Shown here: positions 50,683 through 64,000 of the stretch, in pieces
Layout of the letters: each line of letters opens with the position of its first letter
Numbering within the stretch: position 1 is the first letter of the stretch
Assembly (NCBI RefSeq): GCF_006345805.1
Contig: NC_043007.1
Coordinates: forward strand, 56,420,001 to 56,484,000
Source of the DNA: Octopus sinensis
Taxonomy: Eukaryota
Reading direction: 5' to 3'
Length of the DNA stretch: 64,000 bases
Notes under the pieces: model-generated
Told to the model about the DNA's origin: nothing
Databases searched by the model: none
Seen by the model: the letters and a program-made list of their open reading frames with translations, nothing else
Translations under genes and position numbers: made by a program

Positions 50683-53600
50683 TTAATAACATAATACTAC
50701 TAACAATAATAGTTAAATGATATATATCTGCTATTGGTTGAAGTATTTCTAGAAGGAAGGACCGAGGAGTTAGAAAAAACTGTAAAGAAAACACAGAAAA
50801 AGTGTACGCTGTCAAAGAAGTAGTGTAGTGCTTGATTCACCTACAAATTTTATCACAAACGTAAACCAGCGGAACGAAACGGAAGACAAAACAAAACTTG
50901 ATTAAAAAATAAACCATAAGAAAGATGTCTTAACAACTAAGATTATTAACATCCAAAAGAGACTACCGGATGGCAGTACATTAATCACTTTTGATTTGTT
51001 TGGTTCTTAACCCATTAAACACATCCCGAAGTTCTTGTATAACTACTTGAACTGTTCTTTTTATTGTGTATGATATGGGAAAGAGTTTTCTGTATGGTAT
51101 TCGCAGATCAGGTGATAATGATGCAGTTCAACTCAGCAGGTTGATAGCTGGAAGAAAACCATGATCATGGCCCTATATTTTAAAGGAGAGTCATATATAA
51201 TATTGCTTCGTTTATATTTTACAAAAAGCCTTAGCACACCATGATAGAAATTATGCTGTAATGCCTCACATCGTCTTTTCTTATTTCTCTTATGTTTTAT
51301 TGTATAATATCGTTTACCTTCATATTTGGAAAAGCAGTTATTTATTTCGTTCTCGCTAACATGGCAAAGATTTACGCTGGAGCATCGCTGTATGTCAGCT
51401 CCATTCTGTTACTTGCTATTTTAAGTCTATTTTCGGGATCGTACATCGATTCTTATTTAACACGGTGAAGCTGTTGGCTACTGTTTCCGTTTCATCATAT
51501 GAAGACAGTAGGCTGTTTCAAGGTCACCTATAAGGTGGCTGATACTATTTAATTTTTTTTAAATTCAACTCTGTCCAAGATGTGGGCACAGGATTTCCTT
51601 ATGAGCCTCTCTTGAGCATTGTATGTTAGGAAATAAATTATTTTCTGGCACCAAAGGAAAGAATGAGTCTTTGGGATACAGTTTTTATGGGCAACATAAA
51701 ACATTATGACGAGACAACTTGATTCTTTATTTCGCTGCTCAGAAAACTGTGACACTGAAATCAATCTAACTAAATAAAAAAATAAAAGATAGAAATATAT
51801 CTAGTAACACACAAGACAAACAAATATTTGGTGATCTACAAAGCTAAATTAATATAAGCTAAAATATTAAAATATTTGAAAAAATTACTTCCAATTGATC
51901 AAAATAATACTAATGAGAGTCGAATTAAAAATGATAAAATAGAAGCAATCACCTAATAAATAGAAATAACCCACAGCTTTAACGGGATGCAAGCAAATGT
52001 CAATGGTTTCACCATGTCAAATTAGAATCGAGGTAGGATTCTGAAAAAAGACATAGAATTAAAAAAAACAGTGCCAGATTGCAAACGATAGTTTAGAAAA
52101 GCAGTTGAAACGTATTACAGAAACATTTAATATGAAGTGTTGTTGTTATTCAATGCTAATCCCGTTCTTACCACTATTCTAGTGGCAAGTTTGATTACTC
52201 ATAAAAAAAAGCGAAGGAAAAGGAAGAATGTTTACATTTTTCATCTATAAATTAAAGGTAAGAAACCGTTCGACTTTTGTTAGCTCTTTCCACTGCACTT
52301 TCTCGGCGCAAATGCCGCTGTGTATTGGTTTATTATTTTTCAATAACAATACCTCTCTCATTGGTGTTGCACCAATGGAAGAAATCCCGAGTTCAGTTTT
52401 TTTTTAGAGTAAATGTACTCAGCTGATAATTCGAACTAGAAAACTTGCCTTTAAATTCTGATCGAAGCTATCACTACTGCCATTGTGAAAATCTTGAAAA
52501 TCGTGAAGGTTACTCAGTTCCAATTATAGGATATAGTTTTTTCATTCGCAAAATATGCAATTTTTAAAAGGAAGTAAAAAATCTGAAAATCGGCTATAAT
52601 AATGTAGCCTTCCAGTCTCATTGCTTTGAAAGTATGGTGTTGTGGAGAAAAAAATTGGAGAAAAAGTTACAGAGGCTTAAAAATAAAGGGGGCATCTGTC
52701 TCCAAAACTCTAAAGTTGGGTAACGTTTTCATGCTTGAATTTGTAAACTACGTTAGGAATAACACTGGTCAACAAAGAATTTGTACCAGGTTTTCACATG
52801 CAGAATTCAAAAATAATGTTAAATTATCTGTATCACCCACAGCTTCTCTGTTCCACGATATCCCTCTCAGTTCCTGTTATTTGTGCTAAATTTCAGTTAA
52901 GCTGTTGAAATGTGAAGCTAACGGTTTAAGAAATACTCCTAATTTAAATTTTTATGAATAGAATTTACCTAGAGAAATCATAAATCCAGCTGTCTGAGTC
53001 AATGAGTCCCCAAAATATATGAAATGAAAAATATGTAAAAATACTAACACAGAAAAAGCACAGAAAAATACTAACACAGAAAAATATGTAATATACTGAC
53101 ACAGAAAAATTAAAACAAAATACGCGGGTGAAAAGAATCTCGTGGTGTGAAGAATCAAGTGTGAAAAATCAACATCGACAACAGCGGCACAGACAACAGT
53201 GGACCACAACACAGCATGCGGCTGTCATGGTAACAAGCTGCTAATGCCACGCTGTCTGTTGATTGGCTAAAATTACCAAAATTTCCCAAATTTAATTCCA
53301 AATAATATCAGATTCTTTAATGTACGAGATAAAGTAATTGGTTGATCGTAATTAAAATTCAGAGTTGCATCGATACACCAAAATTGAAAGCAATCAGAGC
53401 AAAATTAAATGGGGATCATTTTGCGAACGAGAAAGACTAGATCCCGGTTATATCTGAGGTGAACTATTTCTCTTGAATCTAAGGAAATATTATATATGTG
53501 CTCATGCACTTTTAGATCAACTCTACGCTCTTGCCAGTATGAGTTCACGGTCGGTTTTCTAATGTTATCGACATGCCAGGACATGTTATTTTCTTAAGCA

Positions 53601-54496
53601 AAGACCTATTGTAGATTTCGACTTGACGTGTCATAAACATACTGGGGCCAGACAAACATGGAAGAAATTTCTACAGTATAATGATCTTCAGATCGGGAAC
53701 TTGTCCCTTGTCCTCAAAGACCGTTAGAATTACGAGAGTTATTAATAAAGGTATTCACAATAGATTGTTCAGTAGATTATTACCTTTTCAAATTACATTC
53801 AACTGTTAAAGAATCTCCTTCAAATAATATAATAATATAATGCTATATTGTGGGGAGAACTAGGCACCAGAATACAGAGCTAAAAGTTTAAAAAGGAGCA
53901 GCAATGTGTAAGAATTCTTGTTATAAAATTGTTATTTCCGGGCAACTAATTCTGTGACGGTTTCTATTGGGAGTAAATTCTTCCTCCTCTGCCGCCTCCT
54001 ACTCCTCCTTTTCCCCCTAAAAAAATCTCATTAACATCATATCATTACTACCCCATATGTCTACTATCCTCCTCCTTCGCCATCACCAACACTTCATCAT
54101 CACCATCAGCAGCATCAACATCAGTAGCAGCACGCAGCTAAAACAAGATTATCCCTAACATCACATTCTCATTCTCTTTGGCCCGGTATTTAATATAAAC
54201 ACGACAGGTTTTCTCATGATCGGCAGCAATTGGCAGCAATTGGCAGCAGGATATACCAAACATCGGGCTCCCGCGTCAAGAGTTCGTATTCCTCTCGTCG
54301 TTGTTGTTTCTTTCGTCGCTGTAGATTGTGGAGATATTAATGGGAATGCTAGGAATAAAAGGTAATAAGTATAGGGAGATTAATGATAGCGGAGATGATG
54401 CCTATGATGACTATGATGATGATGGTGGTGGTGGTGATGTACTGGTAGTGGAGGAGGAGCTGAGTAGTTATTGAACAGTGGAGTGATGGTGCTGCT

Positions 54497-54543
<47 letters not shown>

Positions 54544-56122
54544 CGACGACGACGGTACTTGTCAGGTTACTACACAGTGAGAAGAAAGAAAGAAAAATTG
54601 TGAGAGGGAAAGTTAGCAAATGGAATTGAAATGGGAAGCCTCGGGTTGTTTTACGGAAGTATAAAGCAAAAAAAAAAGAAAAAGAAAAGGAAAAATATAA
54701 AGTAAAAGGGAAAGAAACGGACTTAGTGTTGATTTAATCGGGGGAGTTTATTGTGAGCGATAGATGGGGAAAAAAACTGAAGGGGAGTGAGAAATGTGCG
54801 TGTGTGTTTGTGTGTTGGGGGAAACAGAGGCTGTATTGCCTTCTATGTTTCTGGGACGTGTTAATGAGGTGACATAGTACTTGGCTTATTGGTAGGTGGG
54901 TAGGTTAGCTGTTTGGCTGTTTGGCTGGCATGCTGATGAAGACTGATGGCTGACGGCGACACTGATTGACGAGCAGACGATAATGAAGCAACAACACAAG
55001 CCAACATACAGAGAAAAGTAAACAATTTAATCTATAAACGGATGACTGACTGACGAACTGTTTGTCTGTCAGTCTGTTAGAATATTTCAATGTATGAACA
55101 AACAAAAAATTATTAAATGGGAGGGAAAAAAGAGCAAGAACGAAGGAATGAAAATTACGAGAGAATAAACAAAAATTTATTTGAAAAGAAAAAAGATTGG
55201 ATGTACTCCTGTTTTTATTTACTTATTTTTTTAATATTATTACTGCTAAAAAAAATAGAAGACCGATAATCATAAAGATAAACGAAAATATGATTAAAAA
55301 ATAAAATGAATAAAAATAACAAGCGAAGTGGTCAACAAATCGAATCGTTCAATAAATTTATGACAGATAAATTAAGGAAATCAATGATAGAATAAACGAG
55401 TTTTTGCAAAGGCTGTTTTTCTTTAACCAATAATTCAGAAATCAGCGAATTGCAGTTAATATGAAATATGAACGGATCAACGGTGCAAATGAACAGTGAT
55501 CTATGTAAATGCAAAGATATGGATGAATACATGTTCGAATGAATAATTAATGTGGAGGTAGTCCATTCGTTCATTGACGATGATAAATTAGAAAACTAAA
55601 TGATATCGATGGAAGAACGAGTTAATTGCCGAATGAATGACTGACTGACTGAAAGAAATGCTTAATGAAGGGGAAGGTGGATGTAAGGAATGAAGACAGA
55701 GTGTGGGCTGCATTCCTTTCCTTAATTCGTATGAAATATTAATGATAGCATTAAGAATTAAGGAATTAATGTATAATAATCTGGCTTAACTAGGGTTGAG
55801 TTGGAGTCAGAAGTTGACAAGTGAAATGAAAATGAGATTAGGAAATGTTCAAACCGTTCTTTAAGAATCGACACCATATCATAGGCTTTGCTCGCCATAA
55901 CCTTATCTATTCTTCTGAGGTATTTGTCTTTTCTCATTCAAGAAGTAGATTTTTTTAATATAAGCATCAAAGTGAATGGTGTAATCGAAAACTCGAATTT
56001 AGTGTAGTACTACTATATAGTTATACAATAATGGTACAGTAATATCACGTGTATACCATACCTGGAACAGTATTACAAGATATACCATGTCTGGTATAGT
56101 ATTACTACATATCGCGTACCTG

Positions 56123-56155
56123 GTATACGCAGTAGTATAGTACTACTGCGTATAC
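56123..56155. repeat. Perfect 15-bp hairpin with a 3-nt loop, at the end of degenerate ~29-bp tandem units
   Basis: gtatacgcagtagta-tag-tactactgcgtatac. Confidence 0.9.
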
Positions 56156-56702
56156 AATCGAATTGGTAGAATGAAAAGCAAAGTGGCTTTTATAAAGACT
56201 GAACTCAGAAGAGCTCATTCTCTATAAAGCGACACAGCTTTTAATCCAGTAATCCACCATTTCTACCTCCCAACCGTACTTTAAACTGCAAGGGATCAAC
56301 TGGCAAAACTTGCCTTGGCTTATTAAATGGCTGTATTGCTGATTAAACCTAACTGTGTTTGATGGATAACGGTTATTTGAGACGTGTTAGTTATAATTTC
56401 TTTGAAGCTAGAGACAAAGTGAACGTATATGGATAGCGACTGATGCATCCTACTTTAATTAAGAATTCATACCCGGGTGCTTCTGTTTTGTTTAAACTCC
56501 GCGCTTGACATTGGTCAATTAATGCGCTGTCTTGTTCTAAATCTAACACACAGCTTCAACGTAACACCAGCATTGGTTACCTGTAGTAAAAGTTCACACT
56601 TTTGCAACTAATCAAACCAAATATTCTTCGATTTCTCCATATTCACGTTTTTCACTTAGGTGTTCAGGATTGGCATTGAGGCATTGACAGCATCAGTCTC
56701 AC

Positions 56703-56745
56703 CTGTTTGGTAAGGTCCGAAAAAGTCATAGATACTGCCACTCAT
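56703..56745 (-). CDS. Candidate first coding exon (MSGSIYDFFGPYQT) of an unidentified spliced gene
   Basis: Acceptor ttttcag at 56757, gaaATGA start, CAG|GTGAGA donor. Prediction only. Confidence 0.25.
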
Positions 56746-57144
56746 TTCCTAACCGACTGAAAACTGTTTATTGAAAACAATAATATAATATAATATAAGG
56801 CTGAAATATAACGACTGAAGATGGCAACGACTTCTAGTCTGCAAGGGATTATTGGATTATTACGGGATAAACTTTCCCTTTCGTGATGTGTACAAAGATA
56901 AGTGAACTTGATAGAAATATCCCTTCTCAAGCTACTAACCTCAGATGGAAATCGTATATACAAGGAACAAACGAAGTTGCTTGACTCAGATTAGAACTTA
57001 ACCGGGAGATTACGAAAGCCATGCCGGACTGACGCTTCTAACATTTTACACATTAACGCGAAGTTATAAAATTACTCTTGGTTAAGAATATGTAAATGTC
57101 AAGTCTAGGAATAAAGGTATCGGCTGGCATACATACACACACAA

Positions 57145-57195
<51 letters not shown>

Positions 57196-57518
57196 ATCAC
57201 ATACACACACATACACAAGCATACTCAGATGATCATGTACATATATACACATAACTATTGGCTCTGTTTTCCTTTACCTTTTTTTAGACGTGTTATGGTG
57301 AAACATGACTACGATCGAGTTAATGAGAGTTTTGTCTGCAATTTATTGGAAGAACTCCACAAATATTTCATAAAAAACTTCATTAACTGGACATATAGTC
57401 ATGTTTTGAATATAACTAAAGAAACCTCTATGTAAGTATGCTTGTGTATATGTATGCATACATATATATATATATATATCCATGCGTACATCTATACATG
57501 TATACATCTATATATGTA

Positions 57519-57611
<93 letters not shown>

Positions 57612-58003
57612 CATGTATGTACGTATGTACACACACACACATACACACACATAGATACATGTACATGCGCACAAATAAACACGAAGAAGTTTATATACAT
57701 CAAGAGAAATTAAAAAGCTGCCACATAGTTACGAGAAGAAAATATAAAGAAATATTAAGAAACAAAATTGGAGAAAAAATGTACGATGATGAATATTATG
57801 GAAGGAAAGTTTGGGAAAATTTGACTGGATTGCATCTCTCGATCATCACTTGGGAACTGAAATAAACTGACGCTTAATCATCTTTTTGTTAATGTTTGTT
57901 GTATCAGTCTACAATCTCTCTTAAGTGGATATAATCCGTGTGTGTATGTTGCGGTTGTACGGCGTATTTTCTATGGAATTTTGTTCTCAGTTATAGAAGG
58001 ACT

Positions 58004-58058
<55 letters not shown>

Positions 58059-58271
58059 GGATGGATGGATGGATGGATGGATGGATGGATGGATGGATGG
58101 ATGGATTTTGGTGGTTGAGTGGCTTGGATGGGTGGCTGGATGGATCATAGGCTGGGTGAGAGAGTGTTTAGGTATGTGGATAAATAAATTGCTAGTTAGC
58201 TGAAAGGGTCAAAGATACGCGTATATGTATATATTTAGAAAGGTGAATTAGTTGATAGACAGGTAGGTAGG

Positions 58272-58315
<44 letters not shown>

Positions 58316-60171
58316 GATAGATAGATAGATAGATAGATGATAGATAGATAGACAGATAGACAGATAGACAGATAGATAGTGGCTAGATATGGAGCTAAAA
58401 GAAAGATGAAATAAGTAGGAGAGTAAATATACAAACCTACATATAGTGAATTTGGTGCACCAGCATAGCTTTATCTGTAATAGCGAGAAAATCAGAAGGA
58501 CTAAAGCATATACATGCTTAAATACATACGTATAACTATATACGTATACTCACATACGCACATACATATGTTTAATGGGTGATATTTTTATTATATATTC
58601 TCATTTATGGTCTTCAGATGAAAGTAACCTACTGAGGTGCGCCTTCTTATTGACAAAGAAGAAAACATCAGAGCTAAGAAAAAAAAATCATTTTTTTTTT
58701 CAACGAGAATTTGTTTGGGGAAGAAGACGGATGATTATCAGTAGCAAAAATATGTACGTGTTCTTCGCTGATGAAGTACACTGGCCTAAAATATGCAGTG
58801 GTGATGTCAATGTTTGGAACTCCCTAACGCCATCATAATGGGACAGGAGTGCCTCCGCACCTAATGCTAACAGTGCCGTCACACGGTGGGTCTTCTGAAG
58901 TGTCACTGAATGGCGCCGCCATTATGTAGTGTACCAAGTGCAAGTTAGCCTATGAAAACTTTTCGTATCTCAGCTTTGCATATGACAACAAAATATAGAC
59001 AGATATGATACGCACGTATAAACATATACACATCACGCACGCACACTCATACATTGTTGCGGAATGTCTTGTTGGCGGATGGCCGTGCGTGATGAGTTTT
59101 TGTTCGGGATGGACTCGAGCACTTAAATAATCCTACTTAGTCAAAGTAGAGAACATTTTTTACATCAATACATTTTTCATCAATGGTGGAGATCGTTTTC
59201 ACATTAGTCGACGATCTTTGTGTCAGCTTTCATTCCATAAGGCTGAATGTTAGAAACTTAATCAGTAGTAGAGCGGCGTCAGTTTCCACGTTGCAGTAGT
59301 GAGATTAATAGTTTGTCACCCAAGAAATATATGGAAAGTAAATACAACAGTTCTATGTGTTTTAAAATGGCTAAAATACTTCTAAAATGTAATTGCTTCA
59401 GTTTCAACATGCGATCTAAGAAAAGAAAATTAACTTGTCAAACGAACACAACTCCAAAATTAAAAGGAAGAAATAAATGTTACACCACAAGTTATTGTCT
59501 GAGTTTAACTAAAATTGAATTATTTGATATTTTAAAGTAAAAATTAAAATCTATTGCAAATTTAGTTACTCATTGTAACTGATTATTATTTCAAATATAT
59601 CGGTTCTTTCGCAAATGTTTCTTAATTTGGTCTGACCCACGACAAAATGTAGATATTTAGATGTATTTTCCTGTACATCAATGAGACCTTTCTTAATTTT
59701 AATGAAGGTTTCAAGGTGATAACTTCAGAATGTTTAATCAGCTCTAAATGCATTCATTATGTGCTAACGCTATTCAAACACATTCATTTTATACTTTAAT
59801 CAGTCCACAGCTGTGTATTCAATCAAATGATCAGCATATACGTATTTGTGTTCATTTTCGTTGCCACCTTAATATAGTTCGGTAAGATGTCCCTTGCGGT
59901 GAGTTTTGAATTGACAGTATTTTACGCCACGTATATATTTAATGTATTTAATTAATTTTACTTTGCTAAGAAATATTCACATAATTGTGTTTTAACATGA
60001 TACAGATGTAGCATTTGTGCAGAAATCTGCTAATTCAGAGCTGATTATGCTTGTGACATCCAGTGTACTTCCATTAAATTCAAATTATATGTCTGGGGAT
60101 CTAAATTTAAAACATTGGGAATAACTTATTTACAAACATATATAAACTGTTGGCTAAAAAATACAAATCTG

Positions 60172-60515
60172 TGCATTGGATGTGTGGTAAGAAACTTGTA
60201 TCTCAATTACAAGTTCCAGATTCAGTCCCACTGCGTAGAATCTTGGGCAAGTGTCTCGGGCACATGCCTCGGACTGTCGGACTGACCAAAGCCTTGTGAG
60301 TGGGCTTGTTAGACGGAAACTGGAAGAAACCCGCCGTATATGTGTGTGTTTGTGTGTGTGTGTGTGTGTGTGTCTGTCTGTTTTTGTCCCTCACCTCCAC
60401 TTGACAACCAAGTACTAGGCTTAAAAAAATAACATTCTAGGGTCGATTTGGCTAATTAAAAGCCTTTAAGGCGATGCCCCCAACATGACCCTAACAAACA
60501 AAAGATAAAAGATAG
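60172..60515 (+). mobile_element. SINE family B, full length
   Basis: gtgtggtaagaaacttg...ttcagtcccactgcg...ttgggcaagtgtc...gaccaaagccttgtgagtgg...ggcgatgccccaacatg. Confidence 0.85.
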
Positions 60516-60904
60516 TTAATTATTTAATACAATCGTTCCCAAATATTACTTCTGTTTTTCATCCACACTGCATTTCATCCTTCGGAAGTTGCACGACCTG
60601 TTTGAAAATTACTAATAACAGATAAGATACCAGAGAAATAAGCAAACAGAAAATTATACAAAAATTTTAATTGCGTGACGAGTCCACATAAGGACGAACT
60701 TAAAATCTCACCCCTACCCAACACACCAAAAATATCGTGGGTCATTCAAGTTTACAGCTTTCTCGTACTATACAAACCAAGTAATGTGCCCAGTTAGAAA
60801 TTGAATAATGAGTAAGGTTTACTTGGATCATTTCGTAGTTATTACAGATACAACGTAAAGCTGATGACGGAGATTATACTAATTCGCGTGAGCACACACG
60901 CACG

Positions 60905-60944
<40 letters not shown>

Positions 60945-61129
60945 TGTACATACACATATATAAACAACACACATAGGCACTCATCCACAAAAGAAAACAA
61001 TAAAATCACCATTCATATGACCTGCACCCTATCACCTTCCTATTCTTAGGCCTCTCTCCTCCAACCTTGTTTGAACCCTTGAACCTTCTAGAATCTTCTA
61101 CATTCAACCATTTCTGACGTCACTGCTTA

Positions 61130-61520
61130 TAACGGAATATTTTAAAGAAACACTCATTATCGCTATGGGCTCCGTGTGGGCAGTCATCTAAAAGTTTTTG
61201 TGCATCTTTATGCTGACATAAGTTCCTTGTTTTTCCTGATGAGAAGGCGGCATAATGCACCCCTTATTCCTTCGAAATTAGGAATATGCAGCCTTCGAAA
61301 CATATGTCGAAAATAAAGGAATTTTGTTAATTCGTCGTTCAACTCCATTCTTTCATTTATTTGTATTTTAAAAAAACACACAAATTTCCACACGAAAGCA
61401 CGTGATCTCTGCCCTAGGCATGTAGCTTCAACCGTGTTTTTCTGACGTAAATTTTCTACCCAGGTATCGGTTAGCCGAATTATCCATAATAAGATAATTC
61501 ATTCAACTACTCAAATAAAC
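61130..61520 (-). mobile_element. Possible 5' remnant of a Tc1/mariner-superfamily transposase
   Basis: MFRRLHIPNF..ALCRLLIRK resembles the N-terminal HTH region; weak. Confidence 0.3.
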
Positions 61521-61829
61521 AATACATATATTTATATAGTATGTAGATAGGGTTATAATGATTTCAATTTTTGGCACGAGACCAGCAATATCGTGGGAAG
61601 GGTTAAATCGATTACATCGACCCTAGTGTTTGACTGGTACTTATTTTATTGACCCCTAAAAGATGAAAGGCAATATCTATCTATCTATCTATCTATCTAT
61701 TTATCTATCTCTCTATATATAAATATATAATATGCATGTGTGTGTGTGTTTGAACGTGAGTGTGCGTGCATGTGTGTACGTTCATTCCCTTGTAGGCATC
61801 TGGCTTGATAAAGAAAAATCAGAAAGCAG

Positions 61830-62020
61830 TGAAGTGGCCGAATCATAGAGCAGCTGATTGACTAATTGCCTTGCACTGGTCGTTCCAGTTTACTACGTTC
61901 TGACTTCAATTCCAGTGAAGGTCGACTTTGCGTTCTGACTTCAATTCCAGTGAAGGTCGACTTTGCGTTCTATCTTGCCAGGGTCGATAAATGAAATAAC
62001 AATCTCGTGCTGGGGTAAAA
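61830..62020 (+). mobile_element. Diverged family A SINE with a perfect 35-bp internal tandem duplication (61896-61965)
   Basis: cgttctgacttcaattccagtgaaggtcgactttg occurs twice in tandem. Confidence 0.75.
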
Positions 62021-62196
62021 TATTCTTTGCCTATCTCTGACTTTCTTTCTTGACTGTGGCTAGACACGACAAGGGAATGTTCACCTTCAGGTCTAAAGTA
62101 CTCAAAACACGCTGTTTACCATGAAGGCACACCTAAGAGTTTAGTACCCTTAGCAAATAGATGGATAGATAGATACATACATACATACATACATAC

Positions 62197-62252
<56 letters not shown>

Positions 62253-63940
62253 GCTCGCGCGCATGTATGTGTGAGCACATTCGAGCGTGTGTACGTAGCT
62301 TTAGAGTAAAGATTTATAGGAAGCGTGTAAAGGTGTAGGAGAGAGAGAGGGGGGGAAGAGGAAGATAACTAAAAGAAGCATAACTAAAAGAAGAGGGAAA
62401 GTAAAAGAGATAACGTAAAGGAGAGAAGGAGGAAGAGGGTGAAAATAAACAACAGTAGAGAAGCTGACGAAGGAAAACATGGGAAGTAATTCAGGAGAAG
62501 AGAAAAAGAGTGAAAGAGAAAGAGGGAGGAATTTTTCTTTAAATGAACAGTAATAAAGTGAGTAAAGGGGAAAGTGAAAGTAGGAGAAAAATGGAAAGAG
62601 GGGGATAATGTAATAAAAAGATAATGAATATGAAAAAGAAAGAGAGAGAGAGAGATAGAGAGAATGGAACAAGAGAGATAGGAAGATAAGAATGTGACAC
62701 AGAGGGTGGGGAAAAGGGTCAATAAAAATTGTTGAGGGAAATAATGGGAAGAGATAAAGAGATGATGAATAAAACGATAAATTATGAAAAGCTGATAGAA
62801 CCGGAAGCGAAGAGCAGAGGGTTGTGTGATGAATTTGTTTTTATGACCATCTTTTAGGCAAGAATTAGCTTGATAAAACTTTGATCTATAATGAGCCAAT
62901 CGATAATAAATCAATCAATGAAAGATCAATCAGCAAACAATCAATTCCTGGTGAATAATCGCATAATTTGTCATGAGTCAGAGCCCGTAAGCAGATCCAG
63001 TCATTATGAGGTCTCTAGAAAACAATCAGAGATATTCAATTGTAACGATGTACGCACCATTTTGTCTTATTCTATTTCTCTCCCTTTTTGTTTAGGTATG
63101 AAAGAGCATCATGTTCAATATATTGAACTGATAGCGATGGTGACGATTGTTGTGGCTGTAGCTGCAGTGATGGTGAAGGTGTTATTGTGATGATGATGAT
63201 GATCATCATCATCATCATCATCATCATCATCGTCGTGGAGCTATAAGTTGTGATAATGAGGATAACATTTAATGATAACAGTGGCGGTAGTGATGGTAGA
63301 TTGTTAGATATTTTTTGTTTTATTTTGTTTTGTTAACGACGGACACGTGAGGATAAGTCATTTCAAATATCTAACATTAATATAAAATATATAGTTAGAA
63401 GATTAAATAGATTGTATAGACTGTCAAAAACGGAAAGTTAAATAGGTTGGTGGGGAGCTACGCACGCGCGCACGCAAACACACGCATGTATGTGTACATG
63501 TGTGCGCGCATAGGAGTATATTTGAAAAAATAAATTATAAACAATCTGCATCTTATAGCGAATACTTTCCCAGTTTGTAAGCACAAATACTCTATAGAGG
63601 ATGTGTGCATGTGCAGGTGTGCCTGTGTGTGTGTCTGTGTCTGTGTGTGAATGCATGGATCATTGTACGGTTAAAAATTCCTGCTCACAACCAAGTGATT
63701 TTGAGTTCCAACGGACAGAAGGTGGCACTGGAAAAGTGTTTTGGACATTGCTATCCTCGGATGCCCTGCAGCAAATGAGAACACAGAAACCAGTGAAGGA
63801 CATTCAATTCCGAAATACGCAACCCCACCACACATACATACATACATACATACATACATACATACACTAGGTTATGGGGACGTAAACGCACCAGCACCGG
63901 TTGTCAAGCGGTGATGAGGGAACTAACGCAAACACATAGA

Positions 63941-63984
<44 letters not shown>

Positions 63985-64000
63985 CACACACACGCACATA

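Noticed and set aside
56123-56175. Helitron 3' end
   Set aside because: The hairpin is not followed by CTRR, and no matching 5' TC end was found.
19600-63870. Many ORFs in the track rich in IY, CV, HT, poly-K/I/D/T/M
   Set aside because: They are translations of microsatellites ((TA)n, (CA)n, (TACA)n, trinucleotide arrays), not genes.

Overview
AT-rich eukaryotic DNA, almost certainly from an Octopus genome (inferred from its characteristic tRNA-derived SINE families and very large TA/CA/AAT/TACA/GATA microsatellites), with one 100-N scaffold gap. The window is a dense, nested transposon landscape and contains no confidently identifiable intact protein-coding gene. DNA transposons: three DD34D mariners, a Tc1 (DD34E) element with long TIRs and a DD37D maT element. 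Retroelements: three Penelope-like elements (PLEs), an R4/Dong-type RLE LINE, a CR1-type LINE split by a solo LTR, decayed L1/Tx1-like fragments, an ORF1-only LINE-like insertion and many SINEs. The most notable observations, read by eye, are: (i) hammerhead ribozyme motifs of three different architectures in PLE repeats, one with a compensatory U3-A8 core and one with a long stem II in an ORF-less ~360 bp fragment; (ii) a near full-length PLE with inverted pseudo-LTRs; (iii) a 43-nt 28S rRNA fragment captured between 37-bp direct repeats; (iv) a 3' tail shared between the CR1-type LINE and one SINE family; (v) a speculative, phase-consistent three-exon minus-strand gene spanning ~51 kb. No databases or folding programs were run; family assignments rest on recognisable motifs, and some boundaries are approximate.
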